This document shows positions 1 through 8,691 of a stretch of DNA of 64,000 nucleotides, piece by piece. The notes under the pieces are model-generated. The model saw only the letters and a list, made by a program, of their open reading frames with translations. It ran no database searches and was not told the origin of the DNA. Source of the stretch: Acidimicrobiia bacterium (GTDB lineage Bacteria > Actinomycetota > Acidimicrobiia > Spongiisociales > ZC4RG35); assembly GCA_040880725.1 (NCBI GenBank), contig JBBDHV010000005.1, positions 56,340 to 120,339 on the forward strand. Direction: 5' to 3'. Both the position numbers and the translations under genes were made by a program. Each line of letters opens with the position of its first letter. Within the stretch, counting starts at the first letter, position 1.

Positions 1-116
1 ATTGGACCGATGATGTCGGTGTCGGCGGCAATGTCGTGTCATTCGGCGTGGATCACACCGGCGAGGTGTATGTGCTGACGACCGACGCCATCCGGAGGAT
101 CGTCCCGGTCCGGTGA
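1..116 (+). CDS. 3' end of a gene cut by the window edge (beta-propeller-like C-terminal tail, possibly glucose/sorbosone dehydrogenase type)
   Basis: The frame from nt 3 reads WTDDVGVGGNVVSFGVDHTGEVYVLTTDAIRRIVPVR and stops at TGA 114-116. The tail resembles C-termini of soluble sugar dehydrogenase propellers. It is too short to be sure. Confidence 0.3.
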   Translation, partial: WTDDVGVGGNVVSFGVDHTGEVYVLTTDAIRRIVPVR

Positions 117-136
117 GGCGATAGCCTGTCGCCGGC

Positions 137-958
137 ATGACACCTCTCCTCTTTGCGGGCCTGGCCGCGCTCACGTACGGGGCATCGGACTTCTACGGGG
201 GGATGGCCACTCGCAGAGCGGATGCCATCCGAGTCGTCTTGTGGTCCCAGATCGTCGGTCTCGGTCTCGGGCTCGTCGCCGCTCCGCTCTTCGGTGGCGG
301 CATCGGACTCGTCGATGTCGTCTGGGCCGGCGCCGCCGGTCTGGCGGGGGCGCTGGGGCTGGTGTCCTTGTACTCCGGTTTGTCGCGCGGGCGTGCCGCA
401 GTCGTCGCTCCGATGTCAGGCGTGCTCTCCGGCGTGGTGCCCGCCGTCGTCGGTTTCGGGCTGGGCGAACGCCCTTCGGTGATCACTCTGCTGGGTTTCG
501 TGCTGGCGGCGGTCGCCGTTTGGCTGGTCAGCGGGGGACGTCTGGAGAAGGCGTCCGGGTTTTCGCTCGGGGTGCTCGCAGGACTTGGTTTCGGGCTCTT
601 CTTCGTGTTCCTGTCCCCGATTCCGGAGACGGCGGGCTTGTGGCCGTTGATTCCCGCTCGCGCCGCGTCGGTGGCAGTGCTGCTGATGCTGACGCTGCGG
701 CGCAGCACCCCGGCTGCGTCCGTCGACCGGTCCACTGCCCGTCTCATCGGCGCGGTCGGCGTCGGAGACATGCTCGCGAACGTGTTCATCCTGCTGGCAT
801 TGCAGCGTGGGCCGCTGGGCGAAGGAGCGGTGGTGTCTTCGCTGTATCCGGCGGTGACAGTCGTGCTGTCCGCGCTCATTCTGAAAGAAGCAGTCCGCCG
901 CTACCAGTGGGTCGGTCTCGGACTGGCCGTGGTGGCAATGGCGCTCATCGCCGCCTGA
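137..958 (+). CDS. EamA/DMT-family transporter
   Basis: 273-aa ORF with ATG at 137. About 10 hydrophobic Gly/Ala/Leu-rich segments in two repeated halves, typical of drug/metabolite transporters. Confidence 0.8.
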   Translation: MTPLLFAGLAALTYGASDFYGGMATRRADAIRVVLWSQIVGLGLGLVAAPLFGGGIGLVDVVWAGAAGLAGALGLVSLYSGLSRGRAAVVAPMSGVLSGVVPAVVGFGLGERPSVITLLGFVLAAVAVWLVSGGRLEKASGFSLGVLAGLGFGLFFVFLSPIPETAGLWPLIPARAASVAVLLMLTLRRSTPAASVDRSTARLIGAVGVGDMLANVFILLALQRGPLGEGAVVSSLYPAVTVVLSALILKEAVRRYQWVGLGLAVVAMALIAA

Positions 959-961
959 GCT

Positions 962-1396
962 TCAGCGAAGAACGAGCCACGCTCCGACACACAGCAGAGC
1001 GATACCGATGGCAGTTTCGAGGTCGATCGGCTCGGCGGTCCCCTCGAACCAGCCGAAGTGTGCGATCGTCGAACTCGTGACGAACTGGGCGACCGTGACC
1101 GTGGCGAGGGTGGGGACCAGGCCGATCCTGGGCGCTGCGAAACCGATGGTCCCGACGATGACGAGGGCGAGCACTCCCACCAGGTACGCCCACCACGGGG
1201 CGCCTCTCCACACCGACGTGTCGATACCTCCTGCGGTGACTCGCGTCAGGGCGATGACGACGCCACCGGTGACGAAACTCACGGTGACGGCGTCGAGCGT
1301 CCCCATCCGGGTGTCGAGGACGCCGGCGAACTGCGCCTGCAGCGCGATGGCGATCCCTCCGACGAGGGCAATGAACAAGACGAGTGCCGGGTTCAT
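962..1396 (-). CDS. small DMT-superfamily membrane protein (DUF606/YdcZ-like)
   Basis: Start moved to ATG 1396 (MNPALVLFIALVGG...). About 144 aa with 4-5 TM segments. It lies 4 nt downstream of the eutB-like stop, so it is the last gene of the minus-strand operon. Confidence 0.7.
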   Translation of the reverse strand: MNPALVLFIALVGGIAIALQAQFAGVLDTRMGTLDAVTVSFVTGGVVIALTRVTAGGIDTSVWRGAPWWAYLVGVLALVIVGTIGFAAPRIGLVPTLATVTVAQFVTSSTIAHFGWFEGTAEPIDLETAIGIALLCVGAWLVLR

Positions 1397-1400
1397 TCGC

Positions 1401-2396
1401 TCAGTCTGGTCCGTTGTCCCGCCGAGCCGCGGCACTCAACTCGTCGGCCAGTTCCGCCAGGTGACGCGGCTCCACGTTGGACCCGGTGCAGATGACGGCG
1501 GTCGGTCCCGTGGGAACCACCTTTCCTGCCAGCAGGGCGCCGATGCCCACGGCTGCACCACCTTCAAGGACGAGTCGATGGTGCTGGAGGGCGAACAACA
1601 TGGCCTGCCAGATCTCGCGTTCGTCGAGGAGCACGACCTCGTCGATGTGCTGTTGGACGATGCCGAAGGTGTATCGGTTGTCCAACCCGATGCCACCCTG
1701 GAGGCTGTCGGCGAGCGTCGGCCGCTCCGGCATGTCCACCGGCTCACCCGCCGCGAGGCTCGCCGCCATCACTGCGGACCGTTGCATCGAGATCCCGATC
1801 ACCCGGATCGTGGGGTCGGTTTCCTTGATTGCGGTGGCGACTCCTGCGGCGAGTCCTCCTCCGGAGAGTGGCACGAGTACGGTCGTCACGTCGGGGACCT
1901 GGTCGAGGAGTTCGATCCCGATCGTCCCCTGTCCGGCGATCACGTCGGGGTCGTCGAAGGGGTGGATCAGTGTCATCCCCCGGTCCGAAACCAGCCGGTG
2001 GGCGTTGACGAGCGCCTCGCTCTGCGACGCGCCGTCCACCACCAGCTCACATCCGAGGGCTTCGAGTGCGGCGACCTTGCCCGCAGGGACCCCTTCTGAC
2101 ACGCACACGGTGGCTTCGATACCGAGGCTCCGCGCGACGTGTGCCACCGCGCGCCCGTGGTTTCCGGTGGAGGCCGTCACGACTCCCCGTGCCCGATCCG
2201 ACTCCGGGAGCGACCGTATCCGGGAGGCTGCGCCTCTGATCTTGAAGCTGCCGGTGGGCTGAATGGTCTCGAGTTTCAGCGAGACGGCGACCTCGGCAAG
2301 GTCGGGGGAGTCGACGATCGGTGTCCGGGTCGCGATTCCCCGGATTCGCTCGGCGGCGCGACCGATGTCGGCCAGATGCGGGACGTCGGCGGGCAT
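1401..2396 (-). CDS. eutB: PLP-dependent threonine/serine dehydratase family protein (EutB-like, hydroxyectoine utilisation)
   Basis: Contains 'ETIQPTGSFKIRGA' (PLP-lysine motif) and a 'GGGL' loop. ATG 2396 (MPADVPHL) is preferred over the TTG at 2408 used by the track. It sits in the ehu/eut context. Confidence 0.85.
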   Translation of the reverse strand: MPADVPHLADIGRAAERIRGIATRTPIVDSPDLAEVAVSLKLETIQPTGSFKIRGAASRIRSLPESDRARGVVTASTGNHGRAVAHVARSLGIEATVCVSEGVPAGKVAALEALGCELVVDGASQSEALVNAHRLVSDRGMTLIHPFDDPDVIAGQGTIGIELLDQVPDVTTVLVPLSGGGLAAGVATAIKETDPTIRVIGISMQRSAVMAASLAAGEPVDMPERPTLADSLQGGIGLDNRYTFGIVQQHIDEVVLLDEREIWQAMLFALQHHRLVLEGGAAVGIGALLAGKVVPTGPTAVICTGSNVEPRHLAELADELSAAARRDNGPD

Positions 2397-2397
2397 C

Positions 2398-3390
2398 TCA
2401 CGTCCCAATGGTCGTCCCCAAACCCGCCGACTGACAGCGTTGCACCGCCAGACCGGCGATCGCAGTGTCCTGGGCGCCCGTTCCGGTCAGATCGCACACG
2501 GTCACGCTGGATGCGTTCGGCCGGCCGACGACACCGTCGATCACCGCCCCGAGTTCCACCGGGTGCACGTCGATGCCGCCCGCCGTCACCGTGCGCAGTT
2601 CGCCGAGTCGACGACTCTGGGGGATGGAGTCACACACGAAGAGATCTGCGGCGGTGACGAGGGAAACGTCGAGCTCCTGTTTGTGCTCGGCGTCCGAACC
2701 CACCGCGGTCACGTGTGTGCCCGTCTCGATCATCGATGCGTCGAGCAACGGCCTCGTCGATGGCGTGGTGGTGACTACGACGTCTGCTCCCGCCACGGCG
2801 GTCTCGGGCGTGGCGGCCGCGGAGACCTCAATGCCGAGGTCGCGGGCGGCGCGTTCGGCGAAAGCGATCGCCTTGATCGAGTCCCTCGCCCACACGGACG
2901 CCTCGGTGAGGTCACGAACCAGCAGGAGCGCTTCCAACTGCAGACGCGCTTGCATCCCCGCCCCGATGATGGCCGCCCGGGTTGTATCGGGATTCGACAG
3001 ATGCCTTGCCGCGACGGCTCCGGCGAGGGCCGTACGCACATCGGTCAGATATCCGTTGTCGAACAGAGCCGCCCGCGGAACGCCGGTCTCGGCGTCGAGC
3101 ACCACCATCAATCCGCCGAGACTGGGAAGTCCCCGCGACGGGTTGTCGAAGAAGCCCGCGGACATCTTGACGGCGATTCCGGGATGGCCGGGGAGGAACG
3201 CCGATTTGATGTCGATCTCGCCGTTGTGGGAAGGGACGTCGATACGCATGATCGGAGGCATCACCGCGATGCCGGAGGTGATCAACGGGTACACCGATTC
3301 GATGGCGGCCAGCGCCTCTTCATCGAGGCCCATCACGGAGCGGAGGTCGGATTCGGTGAGGACCGAGATCGTTCCCACGCCGTCGCTCAC
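2398..3390 (-). CDS. eutC: ornithine cyclodeaminase/mu-crystallin family protein (EutC-like)
   Basis: This is the C-terminal 330 aa of the 680-aa track ORF. It has 'AAIIGAGMQARLQ' (Rossmann), 'THVTAVGSD' and 'DLTGTGAQD'. The GTG start at 3390 overlaps the upstream stop (GTGA). The N-terminal 350 aa of the track ORF are Arg/Pro junk. Confidence 0.85.
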   Translation of the reverse strand: MSDGVGTISVLTESDLRSVMGLDEEALAAIESVYPLITSGIAVMPPIMRIDVPSHNGEIDIKSAFLPGHPGIAVKMSAGFFDNPSRGLPSLGGLMVVLDAETGVPRAALFDNGYLTDVRTALAGAVAARHLSNPDTTRAAIIGAGMQARLQLEALLLVRDLTEASVWARDSIKAIAFAERAARDLGIEVSAAATPETAVAGADVVVTTTPSTRPLLDASMIETGTHVTAVGSDAEHKQELDVSLVTAADLFVCDSIPQSRRLGELRTVTAGGIDVHPVELGAVIDGVVGRPNASSVTVCDLTGTGAQDTAIAGLAVQRCQSAGLGTTIGT

Positions 3391-4559
3391 ACCTGGCCGA
3401 GGGCCTGGTCGAGATCCTCGAGGAGATCGTCGACATGCTCGATCCCCGTGGAGTAGCGGATCAGCCCCTCCGGGATGCCGAGCGCGGCGCGCTCTTCGGC
3501 CGTGCATTCGACGTGGCTCGTGGTGGCCGGGGGTCCCACGATGGTTTCGACCGAGCCGAGATTGGCGGCGCCGTTCGCCAGGCGAAGCGCCGGAAGGAAC
3601 CGCCGCACCGCATCGAGTTCCCCGTCGAGTCCGAAGCTGAGCATTCCCCCGAACCCTCTCATCTGGCGGGTGGCGATGTCGTGTTGGGGATGCGACCGCA
3701 GGCCCGGATAGTTGACCACCGGCACTTTCGGGTGCCCTTCGAGAAATTCGGCGATGCGCTGGGCGTTCGAACTCTGGCGCTCCACCCGGAGATGCAGCGT
3801 CTTCATCCCTCGGAGCAGCAGGTACGCGGCCATCGGGTGGAGGGTGGCGCCGTTGATCTCGCGGTACTGATAGACGCCGTGCACGAGGGCTTCGGAACCC
3901 GCGACGACGCCTCCGAGCGCATCGGCGTGACCGCCGAGGACTTTGGTGGCGCTGTGCACGACGAGGTCGGCGCCCAGTGCCAGGGGGTTCTGGTTGATGG
4001 GAGTGGCGAAGGTGTTGTCGACGATCACGGTTGCTCCCGCCGCATGACCCGCCGCGGCGAGTCGTTCGAGGTCGAGCACTTTGAGGGTGGGGTTGGTGGG
4101 TGTCTCCAGGTACAGGACGTCGCACCCTTTGGCGACGGCTTCTTCGATCGCGTCGAAGTCGGTGGTGTCCCGGAGGTCGACTTCCACCCCGGCGCGGGGG
4201 AGAAAGTCGGTGAAGATCTTGGCGGTTCCGCCGTAGGTGTCCTTGACGCTGACGACCCGTGAGCCCGGCGTCAGGAGCGAGTGCAGGGTGTTGCTGATGA
4301 CCGCCATCCCCGTGGACGCCGACGTGGCCGCCTCGGCGCCTTCCAGCAAGCGGACCTTTTCCTCGAAGACGTCCACGGTCGGGTTGGTGTTGCGTCCGTA
4401 GATGTGACCGGGCGCTTTTCCCACCGCCACATCGAGCCACTCGTCGAAGTCGTCGTACCCGAACGACACGCTGTGCACGACGGGGACCTGGGTCGCCCGT
4501 TCGAATCGTGGTCCGTTCTCGCCGCCCCAGACGGCCAGTGTTTCGTTGCGATCAGTCAT
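3387..4559 (-). CDS. Cys/Met-metabolism PLP-dependent enzyme (cystathionine gamma-synthase / methionine gamma-lyase family)
   Basis: ATG at 4559 (MTDRNETLAVWGG...). Has 'HSATKVLGGHAD' (S-x-T-K PLP lysine), 'YGRNTNPT' and 'IRYSTGIE'. Its ATG overlaps the GntR stop (ATGA). Confidence 0.85.
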   Translation of the reverse strand: MTDRNETLAVWGGENGPRFERATQVPVVHSVSFGYDDFDEWLDVAVGKAPGHIYGRNTNPTVDVFEEKVRLLEGAEAATSASTGMAVISNTLHSLLTPGSRVVSVKDTYGGTAKIFTDFLPRAGVEVDLRDTTDFDAIEEAVAKGCDVLYLETPTNPTLKVLDLERLAAAGHAAGATVIVDNTFATPINQNPLALGADLVVHSATKVLGGHADALGGVVAGSEALVHGVYQYREINGATLHPMAAYLLLRGMKTLHLRVERQSSNAQRIAEFLEGHPKVPVVNYPGLRSHPQHDIATRQMRGFGGMLSFGLDGELDAVRRFLPALRLANGAANLGSVETIVGPPATTSHVECTAEERAALGIPEGLIRYSTGIEHVDDLLEDLDQALGQV

Positions 4560-5242
4560 CAGAAATTCGGCATCCTCGTGACGTGGTCGTTGAACCGACC
4601 GAGCAACATCCGCATGTGCTTGGTGCGGATCTCGGCCAGCTTTTCTCCAGATTCGCCCTCGAGGGCTTCGAGGGTCTCGTTCACCTCCTCCGCCATGATC
4701 TCGACCTCGGTCTCGAGATCCATTTCGGGGAGGAATTGCATCCACATCCGGGCGGTCTGCACATACAGCAGATCGTGGATGCGGGTGAGGGTCACGTTGT
4801 CGACGATCGACAGCATTGCCTCGTGATAGCGGTTGTACGCCACACCGAGATCCCGGACTGCCGGCCGCGCCTTGATCGCGGCGAGGTCGGATCGTACCGC
4901 CCGTACCTCGGCGATTGCAGCCTCAGAGGCGGGAAGCCGGACGAAGTCGCCGACGAGGGTCCCGATCTTCACCCGGACGGCCCACACGTCCCGGAGCCTC
5001 TTCATGTCGATCGTCGAGACCCGGGAGCCGGCACCTTCGCTGCTCTCGGCGAGACCTTCGAACTCGAGTCGGTCCAGAACCTGCCGAATGGGGGTGCGGC
5101 TGACACCGAACTCCTCGGCGAGGTGCTCTTCGCGCAGCCGTGTGCCCGGTGGGAGATCGAGCAGCGTGATGCGCTCGCGCAACTCGCCGTGGATCTGCTG
5201 TTGGGTGGGTTTCTCCCAGACGTGGGACCCGACCGTCGTCAT
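4559..5242 (-). CDS. GntR-family (FadR/FCD-type) transcriptional regulator, likely EhuR-type
   Basis: N-terminal winged HTH 'LREEHLAEEFGVSRTPIRQVLDRLEFEGL' followed by an all-helical C-domain. Divergent from ehuB. Confidence 0.85.
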   Translation of the reverse strand: MTTVGSHVWEKPTQQQIHGELRERITLLDLPPGTRLREEHLAEEFGVSRTPIRQVLDRLEFEGLAESSEGAGSRVSTIDMKRLRDVWAVRVKIGTLVGDFVRLPASEAAIAEVRAVRSDLAAIKARPAVRDLGVAYNRYHEAMLSIVDNVTLTRIHDLLYVQTARMWMQFLPEMDLETEVEIMAEEVNETLEALEGESGEKLAEIRTKHMRMLLGRFNDHVTRMPNF

Positions 5243-5293
5243 GGTCTGTGCCTCCGGGCGGCAGGCGCGCCGCTTCGTCTTTCATCGGCCGAT

Positions 5294-5323
5294 TGGATAC
5301 AGATCGTACACATAGTGGACACA
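5294..5323. promoter_or_regulatory. candidate operator: direct repeat TGGAYACA (5294-5301, 5316-5323) in the GntR/ehuB divergent region
   Basis: Two 8-mers differing at one base and spaced 22 nt, in the most AT-rich part of the 264-nt intergenic region. A third TACACA lies between them. Function is inferred. Confidence 0.3.
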
Positions 5324-5506
5324 AGGCACCGGATTTCCCTACACTCGGCATCAGCGACGGAAGAGGTCGCTGCTTCGGGCGGACATCGGAAGATGCCGAA
5401 AAACGGCATGGATGGCCGCCCATTGACGCATGTGCTCTTCCGACGCCGTCGGGTCTGGCCGAACGCGAATTGCCGGACCACGCAACGAAACCGGAGGAAA
5501 CATCCG

Positions 5507-6427
5507 ATGACATTCACACACAGATCACGCCTGGCGTGGCTCCTGGCGCTCCTGGCGCTGGTGCTCGCGGCCTGCGGTGGCGGAGACGACGCCGCGGACG
5601 GAGACGACGACACCGCCACGACGGAAGCATCGACGACGACCGAGGCCATGGGCGATGGCCTGCTTGCGGAGTTGCAGGATGCGGGGACGGTGCGGGTCGG
5701 GATCGCGAATGAGGTTCCGTACGGGTATGAGGACGAGAACGGGAATGTGACCGGTGAGGCGCCTGAGGTGGCCAAGGCGGTCTTGGCGAATCTCGGTATC
5801 GACAATGTCGAGGCGGTGGTGGTGGAGTTCGGGACGTTGATTCCGGGTCTGCAGGCCGGTCAGTTCGACATGATCGCGGCGGGGATGTTCATCACTCCTG
5901 ACCGGGCCGAGCAGATCATCTTCTCGGATCCGGACTACTGCGTGTCGAACGCGTTCGCGGTGGCCGAGGGCAACCCGATGGACATCAGTGATTTCGGGTC
6001 GATCATCGATTCGGGTGCGACGTTGGCGGTGCTGTCTGGTGCGGTTGACGAGGGTTATGCGGTCGATTCGGGCGTTCCGGATGATCAGATCAGTCGGTTC
6101 TCGGATGTGAACGCGCAATATGACGCGTTGGATGCAGGCCGGGTGGATGCGGTGTCGGGGACGGCGCTGACGGTGAACACTCAGGCTGACGCGTTGGACG
6201 GTATCGAGGCGACGCCTGGGTTCTTCCCTGTGATCGACGGGGTCGAGCAGGTCGGTTGTGGCGGTTTCGGGTTCTTGGATCAGGGATTCCGGGACGCGTT
6301 CAATGCCGAGTTGAAGAATCTGCAGGCTGACGGGACGGTCGAAGAGATCGTCACCAGCTTCGGGTTCGCCGTCGAGGACGTCGAGAAGGCCGCTGCCCTC
6401 ACGGCAGACGAACTCTCGACACCCTGA
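5507..6427 (+). CDS. ehuB: ectoine/hydroxyectoine ABC transporter substrate-binding lipoprotein
   Basis: ATG 5507 preceded by GGAGGA. Lipobox 'LVLAAC'. The family-3 SBP core 'VRVGIANEVPYGYEDENGNVTGEAPEV...IPGLQAGQFDMIAAGMFITPDR' matches my memory of EhuB. Confidence 0.85.
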   Translation: MTFTHRSRLAWLLALLALVLAACGGGDDAADGDDDTATTEASTTTEAMGDGLLAELQDAGTVRVGIANEVPYGYEDENGNVTGEAPEVAKAVLANLGIDNVEAVVVEFGTLIPGLQAGQFDMIAAGMFITPDRAEQIIFSDPDYCVSNAFAVAEGNPMDISDFGSIIDSGATLAVLSGAVDEGYAVDSGVPDDQISRFSDVNAQYDALDAGRVDAVSGTALTVNTQADALDGIEATPGFFPVIDGVEQVGCGGFGFLDQGFRDAFNAELKNLQADGTVEEIVTSFGFAVEDVEKAAALTADELSTP

Positions 6428-6438
6428 ACAAGCAAGCT

Positions 6439-6474
6439 GGGGGTGGACCCGGTAGGTTTGCCGGGTCCACCCCC
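6439..6474 (+). terminator. 14-bp perfect stem-loop just after ehuB (intra-operon attenuator or mRNA stabiliser)
   Basis: GGGGGTGGACCCGG (6439-6452), an 8-nt loop, then CCGGGTCCACCCCC (6461-6474). No T-tract. It lies between the ehuB stop (6425-6427) and the ehuC ATG (6493). Confidence 0.55.
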
Positions 6475-6492
6475 ATCACGGAGGACCACTGA

Positions 6493-7233
6493 ATGCCAGA
6501 CCTCATCCTCAGCGGGAGCAACTACGCCCGTTTGATGGAGGGCCTGGTCGTGACGCTGCAGGTGCTGGCGGGTTCGGTGATTCTCGGCACCCTGCTGTCA
6601 CTCATCTTCGGCATCGGCCGACTCTCGACGAGAGCGTGGGTTCGACGGGGATCCTCGGTCTACGTCGAGTTCGCCCGCGGCGCGTCGGCGATCATCCTGT
6701 TGTTCTGGATGTTCTACGCCTTGCCGATCCTCTTCGGAATTCGGGGATGGTCCCCGATGCTCGCCGGCATCCTCGCCCTCGGCATGAACATGGGTGCGTA
6801 CGGCGCCGAGATCGTGCGCGGTGCGGTCTTGTCGGTGCCGAAAGGCCAGTCCGAGGCGGCGGTGGCGCTCAATCTCACCAACACCCAACGGCTGCGCCAC
6901 ATCGTGCTTCCGCAGGCCGTACCGGTGATCCTCCCGCCGTACGGCAACCTCGTGATCGAAGTCATGAAGGGCACCGCCCTCGTTTCGTTGATCACGCTGT
7001 CCGACCTGGCGTTCGAGGTCCAGAAGCTGCGGGTGAACTCGGTCGTGCTGTCTGACTCCGCGACCACCCCGGTCCTCTACCTCAACGTCCTCATCATCTA
7101 CTTCATCCTCGCGTTCCTCATCGACCGCGTGTTCAAACTCGCCGAGCGCAAGTCGGCCGCGAGGTTCGGTGTCGCTCCGCAACGGGCCAAGAAGGCCGGT
7201 AAGCCCGCCGCCGGCGTCGGGGTGACAGGATGA
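6493..7233 (+). CDS. ehuC: ectoine/hydroxyectoine (polar amino acid type) ABC transporter permease
   Basis: 246 aa. HisM/Q-type permease with the EAA-like loop 'SEAAVALNLTNTQRLRHIVLPQA'. Confidence 0.85.
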   Translation: MPDLILSGSNYARLMEGLVVTLQVLAGSVILGTLLSLIFGIGRLSTRAWVRRGSSVYVEFARGASAIILLFWMFYALPILFGIRGWSPMLAGILALGMNMGAYGAEIVRGAVLSVPKGQSEAAVALNLTNTQRLRHIVLPQAVPVILPPYGNLVIEVMKGTALVSLITLSDLAFEVQKLRVNSVVLSDSATTPVLYLNVLIIYFILAFLIDRVFKLAERKSAARFGVAPQRAKKAGKPAAGVGVTG

Positions 7234-7910
7234 ACCAGCTCGCCGATCGGCCGGTGTGGAACTGGGACGTCGTCTGGGAGTACCTCCCGGATCTCTGGGG
7301 TGGAATGCTGGTCATCATCCAGGCCACCATCGCCGGCATCACCATCGCCATGATCCTCGGGCTCTTCCTGGCTCTCGGCCGGCGCTCACAACGACGTTGG
7401 ATCGCATGGCCTTTTGCGGCGGTCATCGACTTCATCCGCAGCACCCCGCTGCTGATCCAACTGTTCTTCATCTTCTTCGCCCTGCCCGAGATCGGAATCG
7501 TGCTGGGGGCGAGGACTTCGCTGATTCTCGGACTCGGAGTGCACTACGCCACGTATGCGTCGGAGGCGTACCGGGCGGGCATCAACGCCGTCGAAAAAGG
7601 CCAGTGGGAGGCTGCCACCGCCCTCAACCTCGGCCCTGCGACGACGTGGCAGAAGGTGATCCTGCCGCAGGCGATTCCGAAAGTCATTCCGGCGCTCGGC
7701 AACTTCCTGGTGGCGATGATCAAAGACGCCCCGCTCGGGTCGTCCATCGGCGTCGCCGGCGTCCTGTTCGTGGCCCGGTCCATCGGCTCACAGACGTTCT
7801 TCTACGTCGAGACCATGACGGTGGCCGGGGTGATGTTCCTGGTGGTCAGTGTTCCGGCGGCGTTGTTCGTTCAGTTCTTGGAGAGGAAATATGGTTACGA
7901 AGCAGCCTGA
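7230..7910 (+). CDS. ehuD: ectoine/hydroxyectoine ABC transporter permease
   Basis: 226 aa. Has '[23 protein letters not shown]'. ATGA overlap with ehuC. Confidence 0.85.
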   Translation: MNQLADRPVWNWDVVWEYLPDLWGGMLVIIQATIAGITIAMILGLFLALGRRSQRRWIAWPFAAVIDFIRSTPLLIQLFFIFFALPEIGIVLGARTSLILGLGVHYATYASEAYRAGINAVEKGQWEAATALNLGPATTWQKVILPQAIPKVIPALGNFLVAMIKDAPLGSSIGVAGVLFVARSIGSQTFFYVETMTVAGVMFLVVSVPAALFVQFLERKYGYEAA

Positions 7911-8691
7911 AGGACGGACATCCGAGTCGATGGTGCGTATGCGCGACGTCACCAAGGCCTGGGGGGACAACGTCGTGCTCCGGGAGTTGGACATGACTGT
8001 GGCCCCCGGCGAGAAGGTCGTGATCATCGGGCCGAGCGGATCGGGGAAGACCACGATTCTCCGGGTGGCGATGACGCTGGAACGCCCCGACTCGGGAACA
8101 GTCGAGATCGACGGACGGCATCTGTATCACGAGGAGAAGAACGACAAGCTCGTCACCGCCGGCGAGAAGCACATTCGGTCTGTGCGCTCGGATGTCTCGA
8201 TGGTCTTCCAGCACTTCAACCTCTTCCCGCACATGTCGGCGCTCGAGAACGTGACGCTGGCGCCGATCAAGGTGCTGGGGAAGAGCAAGGAGGAAGCCGA
8301 GGAGCAGGCGGTGGCACTGCTCGAGTCGGTGGGACTCGGCGACAAGCTCGGCCACCGCCCGTCCGAACTGTCCGGCGGACAGAAACAGCGGGTGGCGATC
8401 GCCCGGTCCCTTGCCATCGACCCCAAGGTCATGTGCTTCGACGAGGTGACATCGGCCCTGGACCCCGAGTTGGTCGGGGAGGTGCTCGGGGTGCTCCGTG
8501 AACTGGCCGAACAAGGAGAGATGACGATGATGCTCGTCACCCACGAGATGGGCTTCGCCAGCGAAATCGCCGACCGGGTGGTGATGTTCGATCACGGCAA
8601 GATCCTCGAAGACGGTCCGCCCTCCAAGATCTTCAAACAACCCGAACACGACCGCACGAAGTCGTTCCTTCAAGCCGTGCTACAGCATTGA
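7891..8691 (+). CDS. ehuA: ectoine/hydroxyectoine ABC transporter ATP-binding protein
   Basis: Start at ATG 7891 after GGAGAGG. Walker A 'GPSGSGKTT', signature '[13 protein letters not shown]', Walker B '[11 protein letters not shown]'. Confidence 0.9.
   Translation: MVTKQPEGRTSESMVRMRDVTKAWGDNVVLRELDMTVAPGEKVVIIGPSGSGKTTILRVAMTLERPDSGTVEIDGRHLYHEEKNDKLVTAGEKHIRSVRSDVSMVFQHFNLFPHMSALENVTLAPIKVLGKSKEEAEEQAVALLESVGLGDKLGHRPSELSGGQKQRVAIARSLAIDPKVMCFDEVTSALDPELVGEVLGVLRELAEQGEMTMMLVTHEMGFASEIADRVVMFDHGKILEDGPPSKIFKQPEHDRTKSFLQAVLQH

Noticed and set aside
2398-4440. 680-aa ORF on the minus strand, and similar 5' extensions: 11184-12920 (578 aa), 56399-59857 (1152 aa), 4508-6427 (639 aa) and 29152-32175 (1007 aa).
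   Set aside because: Only the 3' parts show family motifs. The 5' parts are Arg/Pro/Gly-rich with no motifs and overlap well-supported genes on the other strand. Internal starts have RBS or 4-nt coupling. These are typical open-frame artefacts of GC-rich DNA.
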